This document shows, in pieces, positions 59,529 to 64,000 of a stretch of DNA of 64,000 nt. Made by a program: the position numbers and the translations under genes. The stretch lies in the NCBI RefSeq assembly GCF_051251555.1, contig NZ_JBPOEW010000013.1; one strand, written 5' to 3'. Numbering within the stretch: the stretch's first letter is position 1; every line of letters starts with the position of its first letter. The notes under the pieces were generated by a model that was not told where the DNA came from, did not search any database, and was given only the letters and a program-made list of their open reading frames with translations. This DNA is from Hoeflea sp. (GTDB taxonomy: Bacteria; Pseudomonadota; Alphaproteobacteria; Rhizobiales; Rhizobiaceae).

Positions 59529-60086
59529 ATGAACATTATTGCCCAGCTGGAGGCCGAACAGGCCGCCAAGATCGAAGCCGTCCGGAAGTTTCCTGAATTC
59601 TCCGCCGGTGACACTTTGCGCGTCCAGGTGCGTGTGACGGAAGGCAAGCGGACCCGTCTGCAGGCTTTCGAAGGCGTTTGCATCGCCCGCTCCGGCGCCG
59701 GTCTCAACGAGAACTTCACTGTTCGCAAGATTTCCTACGGTGAAGGCGTGGAACGCGTGTTCCCGATGTACGCGCCGATCGTTGAAGCCGTTGAAGTTGT
59801 CCGTCGCGGCAAGGTTCGTCGCGCCAAGCTCTACTACATGCGCGACCGACGCGGTAAGTCGGCTCGTATCGTCGAGGACACCGGCACCCGCGCTCGCAAG
59901 CTCAACGATGCCGAGCGTCAGGCTTTGGCCGAAGAGAAGGCACGCGTCGAGGCCGAGAAGGTTGCAGCAGCACAGGCTCTGGCCGCCGAAAAGGCAGCAG
60001 CAGAAGCCGCTGAAGCAGCAGCCGCAAAGGCAGCAGCTGACGAAGCAGCCGCAGCTGCATCGGCTGAAGAAGCCAAGAGCGAATAA
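59529..60086 (+). CDS. rplS: 50S ribosomal protein L19
   Basis: 'GDTLRV', '[10 protein letters not shown]', '[14 protein letters not shown]', 'VRRAKLYY'; Ala/Glu C-terminal extension. Confidence 0.98.
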   Translation: MNIIAQLEAEQAAKIEAVRKFPEFSAGDTLRVQVRVTEGKRTRLQAFEGVCIARSGAGLNENFTVRKISYGEGVERVFPMYAPIVEAVEVVRRGKVRRAKLYYMRDRRGKSARIVEDTGTRARKLNDAERQALAEEKARVEAEKVAAAQALAAEKAAAEAAEAAAAKAAADEAAAAASAEEAKSE

Positions 60087-60128
60087 GCCGCTCTCACATG
60101 ATTTGATGATCCTTCGGGGTCACCCATC

Positions 60129-60156
60129 AAAGCGCCGGGAAACCGGCGCTTTTTTG
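60129..60156 (+). terminator. Intrinsic terminator after rplS
   Basis: aaagcgccgg-gaaa-ccggcgcttttt. Confidence 0.85.
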
Positions 60157-60288
60157 TTGGGGACAGGTCTGCTCACCGGCTGAGACGCAAAACCGTTGCC
60201 AGCCCCGTCTGCTGCAATGGTTCAAAACCGCGGGATCGGCTTAATGGTCCGCTAAGACGGATGCGCGACACTGCCCTTTAAAGCGAAT

Positions 60289-60358
60289 GCATGTCGCGCA
60301 AAAGTGCGCAGCGGTTTTGCGATAACGACATGCTCAAACATAAGGGCTAAAGCGCGTC
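60289..60358. repeat. Rhizobial RIME-like intergenic repeat
   Basis: gcatgtcgcgcaaaa-gtgcgcagcgg-ttttgcgataacgacatgc-tcaaacataagggctaaagcgcg, a nested palindrome with an A-rich tail typical of rhizobial intergenic mosaic elements. Confidence 0.65.
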
Positions 60359-60400
60359 ACCCGGAACCGGTACGATGCGGCGGGCTTTGGAGCAGGACCG

Positions 60401-60649
60401 ATGACGATTTCTTCCATCATGACAACCGCACTCTCGGGCATGCAGACCCAGCAGAACCGCCTGATGGAAGCCGCCGGCAACATCTCCAGCGTTGGCCCCG
60501 GTGCTGCAACCGAGACCGATGCTGAAATCAGCCTCGCCTCCGAGATGCTCGACGTGATGTCGGCAGAAGTGGGTTTTGCGGCCAACGCGATGGTGTTTGA
60601 AACTGGCGCCGACCTCTGGGACGTGCTGATGAGCATCAAGCGGGATTGA
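60401..60649 (+). CDS. Small flagellar basal-body rod/hook-like protein (mini FlgC-like)
   Basis: AGGA RBS; 'TALSGM....NRL..AAGNIS' rod N-motif; 'SLASEM.DVM.A...F.ANA.V..T...L' rod C-motif. Confidence 0.7.
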   Translation: MTISSIMTTALSGMQTQQNRLMEAAGNISSVGPGAATETDAEISLASEMLDVMSAEVGFAANAMVFETGADLWDVLMSIKRD

Positions 60650-60759
60650 GCCAGCCTGAGTTTGCGACTGTCCGGACCGGATAGGTTGCTAACAGAACAG
60701 ACCTGGTGGGGAACCATCGCGCGGCCTGCGGAGTTGTTCTGGTCCAAGAGGAGAGTGCC

Positions 60760-60897
60760 ATGCACAAGAAACCGGACCAGCAGAACAACAAGGACAAGAC
60801 CCCGGCGCCAGCCGAGCGCGAGGTCTCCGACCCTCATCCCGGCAGTGTATCTGACGGAACCCATCCTGAAGCAAACGAAGACAAGTCGGAGGACTGA
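60760..60897 (+). CDS. Small hydrophilic hypothetical protein (45 aa)
   Basis: GAGGAG RBS before ATG 60760; 'MHKKPDQQNNKDKTPAPAEREVSDPHPGS...'. Confidence 0.45.
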   Translation: MHKKPDQQNNKDKTPAPAEREVSDPHPGSVSDGTHPEANEDKSED

Positions 60898-60929
60898 GGT
60901 CGCGGAATGACTCCGGCTGCTTGCTCCGC

Positions 60930-61112
60930 TCCCCCTCTACCCTTGTGGGAGAGGAAGAAAAATCATGGTCTTGGTGCGCAGCGCCAAGTCATAGATTTTT
61001 CAGGTGAGGGGGAATCCGGATACTGAAACCGACCCCCTCTCTTGGAATTTCCGGCACTTAGCTGACGCTAAGATGCTTAAATTCGCATTCTCCCCCACCA
61101 ATGGGGAGAAGG
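60930..61112. repeat. REP-like palindromic element, CCCTCTxCCC...GGGAGAGG type
   Basis: Terminal hairpins cctctaccc-ttgt-gggagagg and ttctcccc-caccaat-ggggagaa; internal ggtgagggg/cccctctc. Confidence 0.65.
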
Positions 61113-61180
61113 CCCTGCAGCACCATCCCAGCCGGAAATCACCGCCATTTCATCCACACCTACCTCCCCGTGTCACACTG

Positions 61181-61740
61181 ATGCCGCTCCCGCTGCCGGA
61201 TGGATCGCGAACGTGTTCGACCAGGCGGGAGGAAGGCCTCTCGGGATTTGCCGTAACGTGCGGCAGGCACCGAGAGGAGGCGGAGGCCATCGGGGTTCCG
61301 CTGGCGGGCGGTCTCATTGACCGTGCAAAGCCAGCCACCGGGCCGGGTTTCGTTTCCTGCCAGCCGAAAGGCGGCTGAGGAACGCTGCACCGGTCCGGGC
61401 CTGTGGCGGACATGAGGGGTTCTTGCCCTTCAGGGTCCGTGCCGGAACCTCGCCAGACCCACTCCCGCGGTCTGTCCTGATCGCGGCCGGAGCAATCCGG
61501 GCGGGGATAAACTCCCGAAGGGTGCAAGGCGCCGCCTGTCGGATGCGGACATCATCCGGCGATACTCGGGCCGTGCGCGGGTTGCGCCACCCCTACTACT
61601 CAAATTTCCAGAGGCAATGCCCGCGTGCGGCCCTCCGGACTTTCATTTCCCAAACTCCGGCGTTGGCGCGCGCGGCAGTGACACCTGCTGCCTGTTCGAA
61701 TGTCCCCCGCCGGGAAATCGGGTTTCGCGCAAGACACCCA
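61181..61740 (+). ncRNA. Candidate large structured non-coding RNA (~560 nt)
   Basis: At least 12 helices tile the region, e.g. 61237-44/61270-77, 61338-46/61390-98 and the 14-bp 61568-81/61620-33. GAAA and GCAA tetraloops. G.U pairs are valid on + but would be A.C on -. No plausible CDS. Confidence 0.6.
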
Positions 61741-61748
61741 TCGCCCCA

Positions 61749-61850
61749 CCGTCGTCATTCTCGGCCTCCGAGCCGAGGATCCAAAGCCAAACCAGCGTGC
61801 GCCATCAGCTTAGGCATGGGTCCTCGGGTCAAGCCCGAGGATGACGACGG
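61749..61850. repeat. REP-like palindromic element, GTCATxCTCGG...CCGAGGATGAC type
   Basis: Terminal IR ccgtcgtcat / atgacgacgg; internal hairpin tcctcgg-gtcaagc-ccgagga. Confidence 0.7.
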
Positions 61851-62016
61851 AGAGTTGGCGCGCAGATGACGATGTTGGAATGCCGCCCTATCCAATGCTG
61901 TTTCTCACCCGCCCCTTGCGGCGTGTAAACCTGCATTGCAAAGTGCATACCAAGTGCTGCATCAAAAAAAGCAGCGCACCGTATTTCAGTCCCGAGACCT
62001 CATCAGGGAGAGTGTC

Positions 62017-62820
62017 ATGTCATTTGCCAAATTCACCGTCGCCGCTGCCGCTGCCGCCTTCATCGGCCTGGGCATTGTCGCCTCGCAGGCTGAAACCCTG
62101 CCGGATCTGGGCGGTAAAAACGTCGTCGTTGTCACCGAAAACGCCTATCCGCCGCTGCAGTTCATCGATCCGAAGACCGGCGAGCAGATCGGCTGGGAAT
62201 ACGACGCGATGAACGAGATCGCCAAGCGGCTGAATTTCACCGTCGAGTACCAGAACACCTCGTGGGACGCGATGATCCAGTCCGTGTCCGACGCGCAATA
62301 CGAGATCGGCATGACCGGCATCTCGATCAAGGAAGACCGCAAGGAAAAGGTGGATTTCTCCGATCCCTATCTGCGGTCCGAAATGTTCATGCTGGTGCGT
62401 GGCGACGAGGACCGGTTTGATGATGCGACATCGTTTGCAGCGTTCGAGAATGGTCTGGTTGGTGCGCAACCGGGCACCACGCCGTTTTATGTTTCCGTCT
62501 ATGACGTGCTTGATGGCGACGAGCAGAACCCGCGCATCAAGCTGATGGAAACGTTCGGCGCCACCGTTCAGGCGCTGAAAACCGGCGATGTCGACATGGT
62601 GCTGACGGATGGCGTTGCCGGCAAGGGCTATGTCGAGGCTTCCGATGGCGGGCTCAAGCTGGTCGGCGGCCCGCTGGGCGCTGATGATTTCGGTTTCATC
62701 TTCCCCAAGGGCTCGGAGCTGGTGGCCCCGGTCAACGCGGCGATTGCAGCGATGAAGGCAGACGGTACCATGGATGCGATCAACCAGAAGTGGTTCCTTG
62801 ATTACAAGCTCGGCGGCTAG
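62017..62820 (+). CDS. Polar amino acid ABC transporter substrate-binding protein (family 3)
   Basis: Signal peptide; '[10 protein letters not shown]', 'WDAMI', 'EKVDFSDPY', 'GAQPGTT'. Start ATG 62017. Confidence 0.92.
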   Translation: MSFAKFTVAAAAAAFIGLGIVASQAETLPDLGGKNVVVVTENAYPPLQFIDPKTGEQIGWEYDAMNEIAKRLNFTVEYQNTSWDAMIQSVSDAQYEIGMTGISIKEDRKEKVDFSDPYLRSEMFMLVRGDEDRFDDATSFAAFENGLVGAQPGTTPFYVSVYDVLDGDEQNPRIKLMETFGATVQALKTGDVDMVLTDGVAGKGYVEASDGGLKLVGGPLGADDFGFIFPKGSELVAPVNAAIAAMKADGTMDAINQKWFLDYKLGG

Positions 62821-62901
62821 GCCAATCGTGGCGACCATTTCCGAAGAATCCGGGCCGGGAGCGCTTCACAGCGGTTCCGGCCTGAATGAGACCTGGCAAT
62901 C

Positions 62902-63732
62902 GTGACAACAGCGCCAAAACCGACGAACAAGCCGGACTTCCCCTGGTGGCTGCTCGCTGCCGGGGCGATTGCGCTGTTTCTTGCCGTTCAGATCGTCCTC
63001 AACGACCTTTACAGCCAGATCTTCACCATCGTCTCGCGAGGCGTCTGGATCACCATCTTCGTGACGCTGGTCGGCTTTGCGCTGGCCACCGGCTTCGGGC
63101 TGTTGCTGGCGGTGATGGGGCTGTCGAAATCGCTGGTGCTCAGGCAGATCGCCCGCTTCTATGTCGAGATCATCCGCGGCATCCCGATTCTGGTGCTGTT
63201 GTTCTACATCGCCTTCGTCGGCGCGCCGGGGTTTGTCGCGGCCTGGAACGGGCTGATGAGCCCGCTGATCGAGGCGGGTCTCATCGACGAGATGAAAGTG
63301 CGCGACGTCTCGCTTTTGTGGCGGGCTATCATCGCCCTGACCATCGGCTATTCGGCGTTTATCTCGGAGGTGTTCCGCGCGGGCATCCTGTCGGTTGAAG
63401 CCGGGCAGATCGAAGCCGCCAAGGCGCTGGGTCTGACACCGCTGCACAGGTTCCGCTTCATCGTGCTTCCGCAGGCGATCCGCACCATCCTGCCGCCGCT
63501 GGGCAATGATTTCATCGCCATGATCAAGGATTCCTCGCTGGTCTCGGTGCTCGGTGTCGCCGACCTGACGCAGATGGGCAAGGTCTACGCCTCGGGCTCA
63601 TTCCGGTTCTTCGAGACCTATTCGATCGTCGCTTACGTCTATCTGCTGCTCACCGTCGGGTTGTCGCTGGGGCTCAGAGGGCTGGAGAAACGGCTCAGGC
63701 GGGCCGAGGCGGAGCGATCGGCAAACGGTTGA
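62902..63732 (+). CDS. Polar amino acid ABC transporter permease (HisM/GlnP-like)
   Basis: 'YVEIIRGIPILV', 'SEVFRAGI.SV..GQIEAAKALGL', 'IKDSSL'. Confidence 0.93.
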   Translation: MTTAPKPTNKPDFPWWLLAAGAIALFLAVQIVLNDLYSQIFTIVSRGVWITIFVTLVGFALATGFGLLLAVMGLSKSLVLRQIARFYVEIIRGIPILVLLFYIAFVGAPGFVAAWNGLMSPLIEAGLIDEMKVRDVSLLWRAIIALTIGYSAFISEVFRAGILSVEAGQIEAAKALGLTPLHRFRFIVLPQAIRTILPPLGNDFIAMIKDSSLVSVLGVADLTQMGKVYASGSFRFFETYSIVAYVYLLLTVGLSLGLRGLEKRLRRAEAERSANG

Positions 63733-63844
63733 GCCAGAACGGCTGACTGGCCGGATTTTAGCGCTCGTCAAACCCCTCAGATCCTTGTGGAAATTGCCTC
63801 AAGCAATTGAAAAACATTGGTATTCGTAAAAGTTTAAAGGCCTG

Positions 63845-63860
63845 GTTAAGGTTTTGTTAA
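63845..63860. promoter_or_regulatory. CtrA binding box (TTAA-N7-TTAAC)
   Basis: + strand gTTAAggttttgTTAA; - strand TTAACAAAACCTTAAC; about 45 bp upstream of the next gene. Confidence 0.6.
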
Positions 63861-63905
63861 GCTGCGAACTTGCATCTGGGGTTGTATTCAACCCAAGGAG
63901 TTCGT

Positions 63906-64000
63906 TTGCTTTCCAGGCTGACTGCCAGACCATTCAGCCTATGGCTTCTCGCATTTGCAGGGCTGCTGGCACTAGGCACTGTATTCTTCAGTCTGACCCT
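63906..64000 (+). CDS. 5' end of a membrane-anchored protein, truncated by the window edge
   Basis: AAGGAG RBS then TTG; 'MLSRLTARPFSLWLLAFAGLLALGTVFFSLT...' open to the window end. Confidence 0.5.
   Translation, partial: MLSRLTARPFSLWLLAFAGLLALGTVFFSLT

Noticed and set aside
61538-61650. Group II intron domain V/VI or RNase P RNA identity for the structured element
   Set aside because: gggccgtgcgcgg resembles a D5 5' strand, but the helix lacks the AC bulge and short loop. The - strand gaaagtccgg lacks the GAGGAAAGUCCGGGC context and other RNase P signatures. No RT or maturase ORF is nearby.
61004-61869. ORFs 61004-61378, 61150-61527, 61423-61869 and others as proteins
   Set aside because: Arg/Pro/Gly-rich with no RBS or motifs, several overlapping frames of similar length, and they run through REP palindromes; better explained as non-coding.
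61919-61936. Sigma-54 promoter before the amino acid ABC operon
   Set aside because: GG-to-GC spacing is 11 nt rather than the required 10.
1-64000. Prophage, IS, integron, rRNA or tRNA genes
   Set aside because: No transposase, integrase, phage structural ORF or canonical RNA gene signature was recognised.

Overview
GC-rich alphaproteobacterial chromosome segment. Gene content and order point to Rhizobiales (Rhizobiaceae/Phyllobacteriaceae-like; inference). The backbone is housekeeping: COG4223/Mic60-like gene-hemY, ppa, typA, dcp, argG, rlmN, ialB, tesA/ybbAP, acnA, ccmABCDG, ispZ-ftsY-mtaB-dapF and ffh-chorismate mutase-rpsP-rimM-trmD-rplS. Small accessory blocks interrupt it: (1) a WYL regulator, small ORF and TetR between rlmN and ialB; (2) a LysR/secreted-protein pair and a YqfO-like/YdhS-like pair bracketed by a duplicated ispZ 3' end; (3) a VRDHR-repeat protein, TPP-riboswitch ykoF/thiXZY-like operon, SLC13, HlyIII and BrnT/BrnA between dapF and ffh. 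I saw no rRNA, tRNA, CRISPR array, transposase or integrase. The most striking unexplained signal is a ~560-nt non-coding stretch (61181-61740). It is tiled by at least 12 helices, with G.U wobbles and GNRA loops that favour the + strand, and sits between two REP-like palindromes; it is a candidate large structured ncRNA. Other leads are a type-A chloramphenicol acetyltransferase-like gene coupled to typA, a candidate sRNA with switchable stems (28160-28341), and two perfect CtrA boxes. All family assignments come from motif recognition by eye, not database searches.
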